The notes: generated from the letters alone by a model not told the origin. Positions 18,998-30,400 are shown, counted from the first letter of the whole stretch. The stretch is 63,951 nucleotides of DNA, filler included, from an uncultured bacterium (GCA_964449065.1; 3 parts of 3 records of this genome joined end to end with filler, not necessarily neighbours in it), one strand, 5' to 3'. Program-made: numbers and translations.

Positions 18998-21478
18998 ATG
19001 AATTGGAATGGTTTTTTCAGGTTATTTCTTTGCCTAAGCATCGCCGTGTCTCTTTCCACGGCAGCATCCGCGCAAGAAAACGCCACCCAAGAGACCGTCG
19101 CTTCCAGCACAGAGGAAGTAAAAACCCCTGCCACTCTTTCCAGCCTGGCTGTTAATCCGGCGACGGAAATTGTCCGCATTAAAGAGCAGCAGACTCAACT
19201 GCAAGCAACGCTGAAAAAGCAGGATGAAGCCATGGCGGCGGCAGAGGCCACCCCGGTCGTGGATGCCTACAAAAAACAACTCGATGCCATCAACAACCTC
19301 AACCTCATGCTCAGCCAGCAAATCTCCGCCTACGAAAAACACATCGATCTGCGGGAAGAATTCAAACAAATCCAAGCCTCCCATGAAACCTTACAATCCA
19401 CCACAGCCGTGGAAGCCGTGTCGTTTTTGGAATTCAACAACCTCAGTGAACAAGTCAACGCGGAAATCAACCGCGAACAAAACATCAACAGCCGAATTGA
19501 ATTGGCAAAATCGGCGCTGGACCAGGCCAAAGTGGATGAACAGGCGCGCCAAACACAGGTCAACGAATTGCAGGTCAAATTGGATAACGCGGTGGAGGAA
19601 GAACAAAAAACCGTGCTGCAGATTGATCTCATTACCGCGAACTACGAACTTCGTTTGGCCAAAGAGCGGGTGCAATTGCGCAATGTGGAACTGAAAAATG
19701 AATATCTCAACAAAGAAGTCTATCAAGCGCGCATCGCCTTTTTAAAAGACCGGTTGGAACGAAACCGCACGCATGTCGAGTTTACGCAAGAACAACTGCA
19801 AGAACAAATAGACCGCTTGGATAAACTACAGTTGGATTTGGAAAAGAAACGGGAAAGGCTGACTTCGAACAAATCCGATCACGAGCTCAAACTGCAAGCG
19901 TTCAAAAACAAAGCCGCGCAATCCACTGACCTTCCGCAAAGCATGTTGGATGAACGCAAAGCATTGGAATTACAGTCCCGCTGGATCGATCGGCAAATTC
20001 AGCATTGTAACGAACAAATCCAGCAGATCTCGACCCGAAAAGAGATTTGGAACAGGCGTTTTGATGTGTTTAACCAAAACGTGGAAAAACCGGTCATGAT
20101 CGAATGGAAGACGGAAGCCAATAAAACCATAGATACTTTGAACAGTGCGGATCAAAGTATTCTCTTAGATCTGGATTCGTTGCAAACGGATTTAACGAAT
20201 GTCCGTAGTTTGCTGGCCAATCTTTCCGATGACCAAAGCGCCCGCCAAAAACCGCTGCAAGAACAAGAAGCGCAATATCAAAACATCATAAACTCCTACC
20301 GTGACCACCAAAACTTTATTGAAGTCACCCGCCGGCAGGCCGTCAAACTGGTGAACGAAGTCGATCAAGTCTTAGCCGTGCGAAGCTGGCAGGAAATCGT
20401 CCACACCTGGCTCAAAAAAGAAATATTCTTCAACACCTACGGCGATTGGGCCTTCGCCATCGGTTTGCTGGTGGTTGTGTTTATCGTTTTCATCATCGTT
20501 CGCTGGATTATCCTCAGCCGCGTCCGCGCGCTTGCAGCCAAACATCCCACACCGGTTTTCGAAGGATTGCTGGATGTCATTCAACGAACCCGCCCCACGT
20601 TTTTCTTTGTCTGGTCGGTGTTTATCGCGTCTACGTATCTACAATTCACAGAAGATGTTAAAGGATACATTTTGAGCTTCATGCTGTTGGCGTTAACCCT
20701 GCAAGGCGCCATTATGGCCAGTTATTTTATCCAAGCGTATCTCAAAAATTTCTTCGAGAAAAAAGCCAAACAAGACCAAACCCTAGCCAGCGCCCGCGCG
20801 ATTTTTAACTTTATCAGCCAACTCATCGTGTGGTCGTTAGCGCTGTATCTCGGCTTGATGTGTTTTGATATCGAAGCCACCCCGCTCATCACCGGTCTCG
20901 GAATCGGCGGGTTGGCGGTCGCGCTTGCTCTGCAAAACATACTCGGAGATTTGTTCGCTTCTCTCTCCATTGTCATTGACAAACCCTTTGTCGTCGGCGA
21001 TTTTGTGATTTTAGATACCTACATGGGCTCGATTGAGCACATCGGCATCAAAACCACCCGCATCCGCAGCCTCAGCGGCGAGCAAATCATTTGCTCCAAC
21101 GGAGACCTGCTCGCGGCCCGCATCCGCAACTACAAACGCATGCTCGAACGCCGGGTCGCGTTTCCGGTTGGCGTAACCTATCAAACTTCGGCAGATCAAT
21201 TAAAAATGATTCCGGAAATCATTAAAACGGCCGTCGAAAACAATGACAATGCGCGGTTTGACCGTTCTCACTTTAAAGAATTCGGTGACTTTTCATTAAA
21301 CTTCGAAACCGTTTACTATGTTCTTTCAAATGATTACGCGATGTATATGGATATTCAGCAAAATATCAATCTGGAAATCTATCAAAAATTCGCCGAACAC
21401 GGCATTGAGTTTTCCTACCCAACCCAAACGCTATTCCTAGAAAAAACCAATGCCTCTCCGGAGGTGCACGAACAATGA
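18998..21478 (+). CDS. MscS-family mechanosensitive channel with ~450-aa periplasmic coiled coil (MscK-like)
   Basis: Signal peptide, long heptad region, TM helices, GIGGLAVALALQ..L.D.FA...I..DKPF.VGD, IGIKTTRIR, FSYPTQ. Confidence 0.92.
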   Translation: MNWNGFFRLFLCLSIAVSLSTAASAQENATQETVASSTEEVKTPATLSSLAVNPATEIVRIKEQQTQLQATLKKQDEAMAAAEATPVVDAYKKQLDAINNLNLMLSQQISAYEKHIDLREEFKQIQASHETLQSTTAVEAVSFLEFNNLSEQVNAEINREQNINSRIELAKSALDQAKVDEQARQTQVNELQVKLDNAVEEEQKTVLQIDLITANYELRLAKERVQLRNVELKNEYLNKEVYQARIAFLKDRLERNRTHVEFTQEQLQEQIDRLDKLQLDLEKKRERLTSNKSDHELKLQAFKNKAAQSTDLPQSMLDERKALELQSRWIDRQIQHCNEQIQQISTRKEIWNRRFDVFNQNVEKPVMIEWKTEANKTIDTLNSADQSILLDLDSLQTDLTNVRSLLANLSDDQSARQKPLQEQEAQYQNIINSYRDHQNFIEVTRRQAVKLVNEVDQVLAVRSWQEIVHTWLKKEIFFNTYGDWAFAIGLLVVVFIVFIIVRWIILSRVRALAAKHPTPVFEGLLDVIQRTRPTFFFVWSVFIASTYLQFTEDVKGYILSFMLLALTLQGAIMASYFIQAYLKNFFEKKAKQDQTLASARAIFNFISQLIVWSLALYLGLMCFDIEATPLITGLGIGGLAVALALQNILGDLFASLSIVIDKPFVVGDFVILDTYMGSIEHIGIKTTRIRSLSGEQIICSNGDLLAARIRNYKRMLERRVAFPVGVTYQTSADQLKMIPEIIKTAVENNDNARFDRSHFKEFGDFSLNFETVYYVLSNDYAMYMDIQQNINLEIYQKFAEHGIEFSYPTQTLFLEKTNASPEVHEQ

Positions 21479-22551
21479 AATGGCTCGCACCGTTTTTCCT
21501 CTGGTTTGGATTGTGTATCCATGTTGCCGCGCAAGATGAGTCAGCGATCCCCGAAAAGGTCTATCAAGTCGGCACCAAAGATTCACCGCCCTTTGCCTAC
21601 AAAAACCCCAGCGGCGAATGGGACGGCATCGGGATCGAATTGTGGAAGCGCATCGCCCTTGAACGCAACATCGAATTTGAATGGCAGGAAAGGGAACTCG
21701 ATAGGCTTTTGCAGGATATCGAAAACGGAAAATTGGATGTGGTGGCGGGATCGCTCACGGTCACACCGGAACGGGAAATGGTGATGGATTTCTCCCACCC
21801 CTTTTATTCTTCCGGCTTGGGGATCGCAGTCTCCGGCAACAACAGTTGGAGCCTGCTGCAAGTGATCATCCGCCTGTTTTCCTGGGAATTTTTGTCCGTC
21901 ATGCTGGTGTTGTTCGCCATGCTGCTGGGGGTCGGCTGGCTGGTATGGCTGTTTGAACGCCGCCATAACCAAGACCATTTCGGCGGACATAACGTGGAAG
22001 GCATCTTAAACGGTTTTTGGTGGTCGGCGGTTACCATGACCACCGTCGGCTACGGCGACAAATGCCCGGTCACCATCGGCGGCAGAATCATCGCCCTCAT
22101 CTGGATGTTCACCGGCATCATCGTCATTTCCGGGATCACCGCGTCGATCACCTCCGCCCTCACCGTTACCCAATTGGAAAGCGCCATCAACGATCCCAGC
22201 GATTTGGCCAAAGTGCGGGTCGGAACGGTCTCCGCGTCCACCAGTTACAACTACCTGCGCGAACGCGGTATCCGCATCAATGAATATGGCAACATCGAAC
22301 AAGCCCTGCTCGCATTAAACAACGAAAGAATAGACGCGGTGGTGTATGATGAACCGATCCTTCGCTATCAAGTGCTTCACAATCCCGCATACAACATCCA
22401 AGTTCTTCCCTTCACGCTGCAGCGGCAGGATTACGGCTTGGCGTTGGTTTCCGGCAGCCCCATCCGCGAGCAAATCAATATCGCCCTCCTCAACGTCATT
22501 ACTTCTGAATCGTGGAAAGATTACTTGGATCAACAATTGGGCTCTGAATGA
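21475..22551 (+). CDS. GluR0-like ligand-gated K+ channel (split SBP domain around M1-P-M2 pore)
   Basis: Signal peptide, S1 (PPF, T.ERE..DFS.PF), TM, WWSAVTMTTVGYGD K+ filter, TM, S2 (VGTV..STS, DAVVYD, YG.AL). Confidence 0.88.
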   Translation: MKWLAPFFLWFGLCIHVAAQDESAIPEKVYQVGTKDSPPFAYKNPSGEWDGIGIELWKRIALERNIEFEWQERELDRLLQDIENGKLDVVAGSLTVTPEREMVMDFSHPFYSSGLGIAVSGNNSWSLLQVIIRLFSWEFLSVMLVLFAMLLGVGWLVWLFERRHNQDHFGGHNVEGILNGFWWSAVTMTTVGYGDKCPVTIGGRIIALIWMFTGIIVISGITASITSALTVTQLESAINDPSDLAKVRVGTVSASTSYNYLRERGIRINEYGNIEQALLALNNERIDAVVYDEPILRYQVLHNPAYNIQVLPFTLQRQDYGLALVSGSPIREQINIALLNVITSESWKDYLDQQLGSE

Positions 22552-22584
22552 TTTTAAATTTCGAATTCCAAATAATAGATTCAT

Positions 22585-22610
22585 TGGGAGAGCGAGGCTC
22601 CCGCCGAGCC
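22585..22610 (+). repeat. R1 REP-like copy
   Basis: TGGGAGAGCGAGGCTCCCGCCGAGCC. Confidence 0.85.
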
Positions 22611-22809
22611 AGAAGTTAGTATTGGTTTCTATCAACGATCATATTTCCTCCTGTAGTGGCAACTACAGGGGGGGCAGCTATCACGTATGATTCGGTGACC
22701 AATATAGATCATTTTCATCCATTAACTCCATTTTAAAATCTGACGTTACGCAAAATTCTATACGGTAGGTATTGTTGCGAGCTTCAAACCCGTTTCGATA
22801 GTCACTAAA

Positions 22810-23043
22810 TAACTGATGTTACGCAATCAAAGATTGTCTATTGCTTGAAAAATGGTTTTTGTTGTGAGCCAACAATTCTCAGTCAAACGCAGTGTCTATC
22901 GTCTTCTCCCTTTGGGAGAAGATAAGAGATGAGGGCGATGAGAGCGATGAGAGCGATGTCTCCCTATTAAACAGTAGCGTAATTAGATGTTTATTCCTCC
23001 CGAACCCTCACCCCGTCCCTCTCCCGGTGGGCGAGGGCGATAG
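22810..23043 (+). repeat. Dispersed element M4 followed by CCCTCACCCC..CCCTCTCCC REP-like motifs at the contig end
   Basis: First 53 nt match 63899-63951 (49/53 identical); related start CTGACGTTACGCAA at 22740. Confidence 0.75.
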
Positions 23044-23143
23044 NNNNNNNNNNNNNNNNNNNNNNNNNNNNNNNNNNNNNNNNNNNNTTAATTAATTAAN
23101 NNNNNNNNNNNNNNNNNNNNNNNNNNNNNNNNNNNNNNNNNNN
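23044..23143. other. Artificial contig-concatenation linker
   Basis: N44-TTAATTAATTAA-N44 (stops in all six frames); identical linker at 46075. Confidence 0.95.
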
Positions 23144-26079
23144 CGCATTTAAATCGTGTTGAACAATTAAGTCTTTTAGATCATTTCCTTTTTGCCGGAT
23201 GGCCTCTTGTACCACTGGAAATACTTCATTCCAAGAATGATCGGTAGCAATGAGCAGCCGGTAATACGTTACATAATCATTCGCGCTTAAATCGGATAAG
23301 TTCATCACGGGTTGAAATACTTGCAGCGCTTTTTTGTGATTGCCCAACTGACTATAGAGAACCGCCACTTGGCGCCGGTAAGTCATATCATTGGGGCGCT
23401 GCCGCAAATATTCCTCATAATATTTCGCCGCGTCATCCAGTTTATTGAGCGTTTGATAGCAACTGCCGTACAGCAAATACAACTCTGGATTTAACGGAAC
23501 GGGCACCACCTTCTCCGCTTTAATCACCGCGTTCAGAGCCAAGACCGGCTTGCCGTATTTGTTGGCAAGCATGTCATTCGCGATACGAAGATAAAGCCGG
23601 TACATAAACTCATCGTTAATGGTCATCACCTTCTTCGCCTCGTCGAGTGCCGTAATCAAATCAAACCGGTTCAACGCATCCACGAGCGGCGCCAATTCTT
23701 CTTGGGAATAGGTATTNNNNNNNNNNAGGTATTGCGCAATTCAAACAGCCGGTTTCGAATAAACGTAGCCAAATACCGGTCGGCCGCGGTCAGGGCGGTT
23801 TGGTAATCTCCCTTTAGAATATACGTTTGGGCAAGGTATTGATTCACATCGTTTTTTCGCGGATCCACAAATAAAGACGTTTCAAATGAATCAATGGCAT
23901 GGTCGATATAATCATGCCGCAAATACCCCAATCCCATATTGTAGTGCGCGAAAACTTGTTCAAAATCTATGGCAAATACGCGGTCATACGCCTTGTTGGA
24001 ATACGCAAAATTCCGGTATTTATCAAACAATACACCCAAATTGTTATGCGCCCATTTGTAGTTGGGGTTCATAAAGATATCGGTTTGCAGCGTCACAACC
24101 CCTTCACTGATCAACTGCTTTCGGTATTCCTGCACTTCTTGGCGCACGTTGGCCGCCCGGTCCGGGTTGGATTCCGCATAATTCGCCAATCCCAAATACC
24201 CTAGGCGCAGCAACCCTAAATCCCCCCCGTCTTTATCCAATTCCATATTGGTATCGATTGCGGCAACGGCATCAATATAATAGCGGCCTAAAATATAAAA
24301 AATTTCCATTTGGTAGGGATAACGCTTCATCGCGTTATCAAAACATTTGAACATAATGTTGTATTTATCGGGAATGTTTTGCTGCCCGCCTTCGGCCACG
24401 GTTGCTACATCCTGAATGTTCATCCCCAACTTTAACCAGGTCTCCCCGATCAATTGAGTCGCGTTAAATGTTCCCAATGGTAAAATCAGCATAATGATAA
24501 CCAAAAACCGTACTGGTACCGGAACTTTGCTTGTAACCTTTTGCCATTGGGCACGGGGTTCTTTGGTGGTGCCGAATTCAGGAGAGGGAATTTGTTTGTT
24601 AATGCGGTAGATGACTTGGAATGCCGCCGCGGCAAAGCCGGTCAATATCCAATAAATCGCCGCGGAGGACGCAATCACAAAGGTTTGGCTAAACGCGGTA
24701 CTGATGATCGCGGTTAAAATGGCCGCCATAGCCCCCAATTGAAAGTAAAAGAAAAAGTCTTTTTCATACGGAGATAAGAATCCCATTTTCGTAGAAGGTT
24801 GATTATCCGGGGGCAATTCGGCTTGCGATAACTCTTGCTGCCTGATGGACATCAGCGAGCGAATACAAACATACAAACCGACACCAACGAGCCAATAAAA
24901 CCCAATCAGCCCGAAAATGCCGTATTCCACCCCATGATACAGGTGGTCGTTGTGCACTTTCCGCGCCAGGGTTTCTTCCCCCAGCACCTTCCGCTCCAAC
25001 TGGCTTTCATAACGGGGATGAATTACCTTGAAGTTCCCTGCACCAATACCAAAAATTGGAACATCCATAATCTTTCGCACGGTCGCCGCCATACACTGCA
25101 AACGGAACACAACCGGTGCGACGCCATCCAGCTGATTGTCACCATCCACATCAATCCAGTTGACCATCGTATTCAGTTTATAGCGGACCGGATTGGGCAC
25201 ACTGGCGATATACGTCCCCCCAAGAGACACCAGAAAGAGACTCAGGACAATCCCCGCGCGAATACGCTTTTCCAGCGCGAATCGGGATAACGAGGTCAGA
25301 TTATGTTGAATCGCGATTGGAATCGCGCGGTAGTAAATCAAAAACGCGAACACAACCGGAATCGAAACCAAAAAACCCGCATAGGAGGCATTACAGTCTA
25401 CATACAACATGGTAATAAAGTTCAAAATCGTTACGCCGGTAAAAAAGATCAACTGCGCCGGTTTGTTCCAATGGCAAAAGATCATCGTCAGGCAGATCGG
25501 GAGCGCCATGTTCATAAAATCGGCCAAATAGTTCTCGTTCCCGAAAAACGAAACCGGCTTGTCGGTGTATTTGTGAATTTCCAAGTATTTGGAAACATCG
25601 AAGAACCAGTTCCAGTTATACCACTGCGCGAGGGCGTATACATCGGCGATAATACATACAACCCCCAAGATGTATGTCATGACCTCAAAATCCTTGAGCC
25701 GGGTAAAGAACTTGGGAACCAACACCATCGCCAGCAAACACGATACGGTAAAATAAACCGTTTCGATGGATTCCGCCATATTGACCGCCACCAGAACGGA
25801 CCCGACCACCATCATGCCGAAAAAGGCTGCCGGTGTAGATAAAGACGAACTGACAAAGCGCCGTCCTAATGCGATGGTTAACCAGCAACCGCCGATAATC
25901 ATGGCCAAAAACTGCATCGAGGCGGCCTTGGGTGGATTATAATGATGCCAGGTGCTGGTATAGAAAATCAGGGGTACATAGGCGATGGCAAATAAAATAC
26001 ACACTCTACCCAGCAAATATACCCATCGTTCAAAAAAGGATACCGGGGCTGGCTGATTGGTAACGGGTGCTTTCTTCAT
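23144..26079 (-). CDS. O-antigen ligase/Wzy_C-family membrane protein with C-terminal TPRs (one ORF across the 10-N gap, 3' truncated)
   Basis: ~12 TMs, SFFGNEN.LA, FGIG.GNF...P.Y, VHND.L....E.G..G, TPRs (AHNNLG, AHYNMG); AGGTATT duplicated on both sides of the gap, and collapsing it restores the frame. Confidence 0.8.
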
Positions 26080-26245
26080 GTGTGAAAACTCCTCATACGG
26101 GGGAGTAAGGGCTCCCAAGTCGGCAAAACGATGGTAGTATAATTCAAGTTACACCAAAGGCAATTGCAGCCTCCGGTGTCCGCGGCAGTGCCAACAATCG
26201 AAAACATTAGATAAAAAACGCATTTCATATGTAAAGGTAACGACT

Positions 26246-26692
26246 GTGAACATTTTAATTTTACACGGCCCCAATTTAAACCTGCTGGGTACACGCGAAC
26301 CAAATACCTACGGCCGTATAACATTAGAGCAAATTAACTCGCGACTAAAGGAGACCGCTGAAAATCTTAAACTCAATCTGCGAATTGAACAACGGAACAG
26401 CGAAGGGGAATTGGTGACACTGATCCAAGAATCCGCCGATTGGGCGGATGGAATCCTGATCAATCCCGCCGCTTACACTCATACATCCGTTGCCCTTCGC
26501 GATGCCATCGCCGCCGTGAATTTGCCCACCGTTGAAGTGCATTTATCCAACATCCATAAACGGGAAGAATTTCGTCATCATTCCTTCATCGCTCCGGTTG
26601 CCGAAGGACAAATCTGCGGCTTTGGGGCAGATAGCTATTTGCTGGGGTTACGGGCGTTATGCAATTTATTATCCCCCTCTTCCCAAGTTTAG
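26246..26692 (+). CDS. aroQ: Type II 3-dehydroquinate dehydratase
   Basis: [44 protein letters not shown]. Confidence 0.97.
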   Translation: MNILILHGPNLNLLGTREPNTYGRITLEQINSRLKETAENLKLNLRIEQRNSEGELVTLIQESADWADGILINPAAYTHTSVALRDAIAAVNLPTVEVHLSNIHKREEFRHHSFIAPVAEGQICGFGADSYLLGLRALCNLLSPSSQV

Positions 26693-28446
26693 CGGCGGGA
26701 TTTCTCCTGCCGTTTTTCTCAGCCGATGTTCAACTGATCGGACTGGGTTTGTTGCTGATCTTCTACATCCGGCTGGTATGGCAGCAGAAAAGACGCGGCA
26801 AAATCCCCATCCCGTTTTTAAGCGCGGCAGCGGTATTATTTTCAGCCATTTTCTTGATGATTCTCTGGATTCTCTTCCCCAATCCGTGGTTGTATTATTC
26901 GGTTTTCCCCTCAATCATAGGGGGATTTTTAATCGGTTTATCCTTTTTATTTGTCCCGCAAAATCCTCTCTCGGTTTTTGCAGTTTTTACAATTGCCTCT
27001 TGGACGATGTTGGTGCTTTCCGGTCAATACATACAGTTTTTACCGGATGTATTGTTTTACACACATTGGCAGCACGCGTTACTCTCCACTGATTCCGCGG
27101 CGGTTGAGCCGGCGCTGCAAGTGCCTTCCCCGCACACACTCCTGCAATTGCAGTGGGCCGCTTATGTATCCTGTTTTCACTTTTTAATCGCCATCCGCAG
27201 GCGAATGTATGCGTCCCCCCAAAAAACGGCCGCATATATCTTTGACGGCATTCTGTTTCTCTATCTCCTGTTTTTTGTATATATGTGTGGAAAGCCGGCC
27301 GGCTTCTCTATTATCATTTTTCTTCTTTGTATGCTTGCCTTCTATTGGATTCCAAAACGGCAATTTTCTTTTCTCCATGATTGGCTATTTGTTGTTTCGC
27401 TATTGCTTGCTGTTTCGGCCGGTTTGGGATGGCTGGACAGCATGATTCTGCAAGTATCCGCCTTGCTGATGACGGTGGATATTTCTTTCCTTGCTCCGGC
27501 CGCTGTGTCTTTCTCCGCCTTAGCGCAAGTGCCAAGCGTTCATCACCCTTGGGAAGCAGTGGATTGGCTGGCATTGGCATCACTCATGTTTATAGTGATT
27601 GCCGGTATATCACGCAAAGAACGCTCTTCCCTTTTTTGCCTTACCACTGCGCTGTACAGTTCACTGGCTCTATCGGCATTGCTGATTGCGCCGTTTTCCG
27701 GTTTGCATTGGCTGGCAAACCCGATTGTATGGCTGTGTTTTGGCGGGATCGCTTTCTCACACAGCGAACAGAAACTCACGCAAGAAACACCGGCTGATGA
27801 TCATACACACCCCTTCGTCTATTTTTTTTGGGATTACCGCTTCACTATCGTTCTAGGCTCATTGTCTTTGTGGGGAATGTTCATCTTACATGCCGAATGG
27901 AAAGCCGAAGGAGATTTCATTCGGTTACTGCGCTCAACTCCCGAAAATAACCGCTTGGCGGCGGCGGAACAAGCGCACCGCGATTCGTTTTACCGCCCGG
28001 ATTTCCGCGCGCTGTACCTCACATTATTTATGCAGGATGCCGTCCAAACCTCTTCTCCTCTGTCCGACGGCAAATTGCTGGAGTTAGAAGTGGCATCACA
28101 ATCATGCAGCCGCTATGGGTTTATCCCTTATTTGGCCATCCAGCGTATCTCCGACTACTATTTTGTGAACGGAAATCCTTCCAGAGCGGTAAACTCTATT
28201 GAGGAGCAACTAGCCATCCACCCCAATGACACCACACTGCACAAACTCCTCGCCGGACGACTATTTGAGTTTGGCCGCTACGAACAAGCCTTAGAACATT
28301 ACCGCGTCTGCGTAACCGCGTCCCCCACCGATGTGAACTTGTACAAAAAAATCGCATTATCCTACAAATCGCTGGGGAACGATGAAGCATACAACAAAAC
28401 GGTGGATATCATCCACACCCTAAATCCATTAGCGGAAACCGAATAA
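26659..28446 (+). CDS. Polytopic membrane protein with C-terminal TPRs, function unknown
   Basis: ~12 hydrophobic segments then TPR-like helices ([18 protein letters not shown]). Confidence 0.65.
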   Translation: MQFIIPLFPSLAAGFLLPFFSADVQLIGLGLLLIFYIRLVWQQKRRGKIPIPFLSAAAVLFSAIFLMILWILFPNPWLYYSVFPSIIGGFLIGLSFLFVPQNPLSVFAVFTIASWTMLVLSGQYIQFLPDVLFYTHWQHALLSTDSAAVEPALQVPSPHTLLQLQWAAYVSCFHFLIAIRRRMYASPQKTAAYIFDGILFLYLLFFVYMCGKPAGFSIIIFLLCMLAFYWIPKRQFSFLHDWLFVVSLLLAVSAGLGWLDSMILQVSALLMTVDISFLAPAAVSFSALAQVPSVHHPWEAVDWLALASLMFIVIAGISRKERSSLFCLTTALYSSLALSALLIAPFSGLHWLANPIVWLCFGGIAFSHSEQKLTQETPADDHTHPFVYFFWDYRFTIVLGSLSLWGMFILHAEWKAEGDFIRLLRSTPENNRLAAAEQAHRDSFYRPDFRALYLTLFMQDAVQTSSPLSDGKLLELEVASQSCSRYGFIPYLAIQRISDYYFVNGNPSRAVNSIEEQLAIHPNDTTLHKLLAGRLFEFGRYEQALEHYRVCVTASPTDVNLYKKIALSYKSLGNDEAYNKTVDIIHTLNPLAETE

Positions 28447-28447
28447 A

Positions 28448-29200
28448 ATGTTTGATATTTATATTGGAATCGATTATTCCGGTGCATCCCTCCCCAATAA
28501 AGCATTAAGAAACCTTCAAGTCTACATGGCAACAAAGAATTCATCCGCCAAAAAGATCGCGCCTCTAAATTCGAACAAAATCAATTGGTCTCGTGTAGAT
28601 GCGGCCCATTGGTTGATCGATCAACTACACAACGAAAAACGCTGCCTTGTGGGGATCGATCATTGCTTTTCGTTTCCCCTATCTTTCATGCAGAATCACA
28701 ATATCAAAACTTGGGATGGTTTTTTGAATCAGTTTTGCAAGAAAATAAAGACAACAGAAATTACCGTTAAACAAGCGCTGGATGAAAATCCATCCTTTAA
28801 GGGAAACAAAACAGAACTTCGCTTGTGCGAAACCTGGACATCCTCCGCAAAAAGCGTATTTGAGTTTAAAAATATCGGCGTCGCTCATTCATCCTATGCA
28901 GGAATACCGTGGCTGCATTTCATTCGCAATGAACGAAAAAAACGCGTCCACTTTTGGCCGTTTGACGGATGGGATATTGGAAATAAAAAATCCGTTATTG
29001 TTGAAGTCTATCCTAGTATTTTTAATAAACGTTATGAATATGATTGGAAAACTGGTGACGAACGCGATGCTTTTTCCATCGCCTGTTGGCTGAAAGAAAA
29101 AGACAGAAATGGCTTTTTGGATCAATATTTCCAACCTCCACTCACAGACGAAGAAAAGCGAATCGCTAAGCTTGAAGGTTGGATTTTGGGGATACTGTAA
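28448..29200 (+). CDS. Predicted RNase H-fold nuclease (DUF429-like)
   Basis: IGIDYSGA, VGID..F.FP, EVYPS, DERDA acidic motifs; AT-rich. Confidence 0.6.
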   Translation: MFDIYIGIDYSGASLPNKALRNLQVYMATKNSSAKKIAPLNSNKINWSRVDAAHWLIDQLHNEKRCLVGIDHCFSFPLSFMQNHNIKTWDGFLNQFCKKIKTTEITVKQALDENPSFKGNKTELRLCETWTSSAKSVFEFKNIGVAHSSYAGIPWLHFIRNERKKRVHFWPFDGWDIGNKKSVIVEVYPSIFNKRYEYDWKTGDERDAFSIACWLKEKDRNGFLDQYFQPPLTDEEKRIAKLEGWILGIL

Positions 29201-29207
29201 AATCACC

Positions 29208-29591
29208 CTATCTTAAAAAAATTATTGCTCTTTTTTAGATTTATTCATTTTTTTAATTCTAATTTTTTCATGCGATAAAATCGCATAAATGGATGGTTGC
29301 GGTGGTAGTGATAAATACAACTCCCAAATCTTTAAAATCTTGCTCAATTTTTCTTCCCTAATCAGAACCGTCCCCTCGACGAAACTGTTTAAAAGCATTT
29401 GATGGTACTCATAACTTGCGAAGCGTTTATCTTTTTTTCACGAAAGTTTGCTTATTTTTTTCAAGTATTTGATATATCTTTGTATCAGAAATACCTGGTT
29501 TAATATCATGAATCCAAAATGCTTCGTGATCTCTTTTCTTAGATAGTTCAACCAAAATATATGGTAAATTTTCATTAACTAAAAAGTTCAC
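29208..29591 (-). pseudogene. Frameshifted DUF5615 PIN-like toxin
   Basis: GTG overlaps DUF433 stop; MNFLVNENLP..H...G.SD..I..; removing one A from the A7 run (29432-29438) continues KDKRF..GTVLIR..KIRIKK to TAG 29208. Confidence 0.75.
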
Positions 29592-29806
29592 AATGCAATA
29601 TCTAACCCTTCTTGACTTAGCTTCGCGGCATATCTTAATGCAGCCTCGATATCTTCCCTGGAAAGATAGGGATACCCTTCCATTAAAGTATCCGCATTCT
29701 CCCCTTCCGCGAACGCTTCAACAATCGAATAAACAGACCTACGTGTACCTTTTATGGCAGGCTGACCACATAGAACTTCCAGATTGCATTCGATTCTCTC
29801 AAACAT
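29588..29806 (-). CDS. DUF433 family antitoxin
   Basis: RI.....GQPAIKGTR.SV..I......G......YP.LS.EDI.AAL.YAA. Confidence 0.92.
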   Translation of the reverse strand: MFERIECNLEVLCGQPAIKGTRRSVYSIVEAFAEGENADTLMEGYPYLSREDIEAALRYAAKLSQEGLDIAL

Positions 29807-29830
29807 GATTCACCATCACTCTCAAATTCT

Positions 29831-30400
29831 TCAAACAAACATATCCTTTACATCCATCGACCAACCGGGAACCACATCCCCGCCATCCAGCGTATCCTTC
29901 TCCGTCAAGATGGATACATCGTTTAGCGAACGGTACACCGTGACTTGCTTTTCTTGGGGGTCGGCAACAATCACCATCTTCGTGCCGGCTTCCAGCCATT
30001 CAACCGCTTTTGCTTGCACCTCGGAAAAAATGTCATTGGGCGAATTAACTTCAACAGCGAGATCGGGAGCGCCCGGAAAATACCCATATTCATTTTCAAT
30101 TTTTTCAACACGGGATGTTTCAACATATGCCGTATCAGGTGCACGCACAGTATCCGGATTAGTCGACAATAGAAACCCAGTCTCTGCCGCATAAACAGTA
30201 CCCAATTTATTTTGACTTACATACATTTTAAGTGGAGCAGCAATATTGATTGCTACTTTTCCATGCATTCCACCTGCTGGTGCCATTTTCTTCAGTTCTC
30301 CCTCCACTAGCTCATAGCGGAATCCGTCTTCCGGCATCCGCAGGAGTTCATCTGCTGTCATCGGTTTTGCAGTCATCTGTTGCATTGCAGTCGCCATCAT
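29831..30400 (-). CDS. Uma2 family PD-(D/E)xK endonuclease
   Basis: MTA.EL, RYELVEG.L, HG, ETGF, RAPD.AY, PDLAVEV.SP.D, VVPGW. Confidence 0.92.
   Translation of the reverse strand: MMATAMQQMTAKPMTADELLRMPEDGFRYELVEGELKKMAPAGGMHGKVAINIAAPLKMYVSQNKLGTVYAAETGFLLSTNPDTVRAPDTAYVETSRVEKIENEYGYFPGAPDLAVEVNSPNDIFSEVQAKAVEWLEAGTKMVIVADPQEKQVTVYRSLNDVSILTEKDTLDGGDVVPGWSMDVKDMFV

Noticed and set aside
23088..23099. TTAATTAATTAA as a biological site
   Set aside because: Centred in N runs twice; a concatenation linker
29432..29438. Programmed -1 frameshift at AAAAAAG
   Set aside because: Restoring the frame needs +1, and the catalytic Asp is also changed
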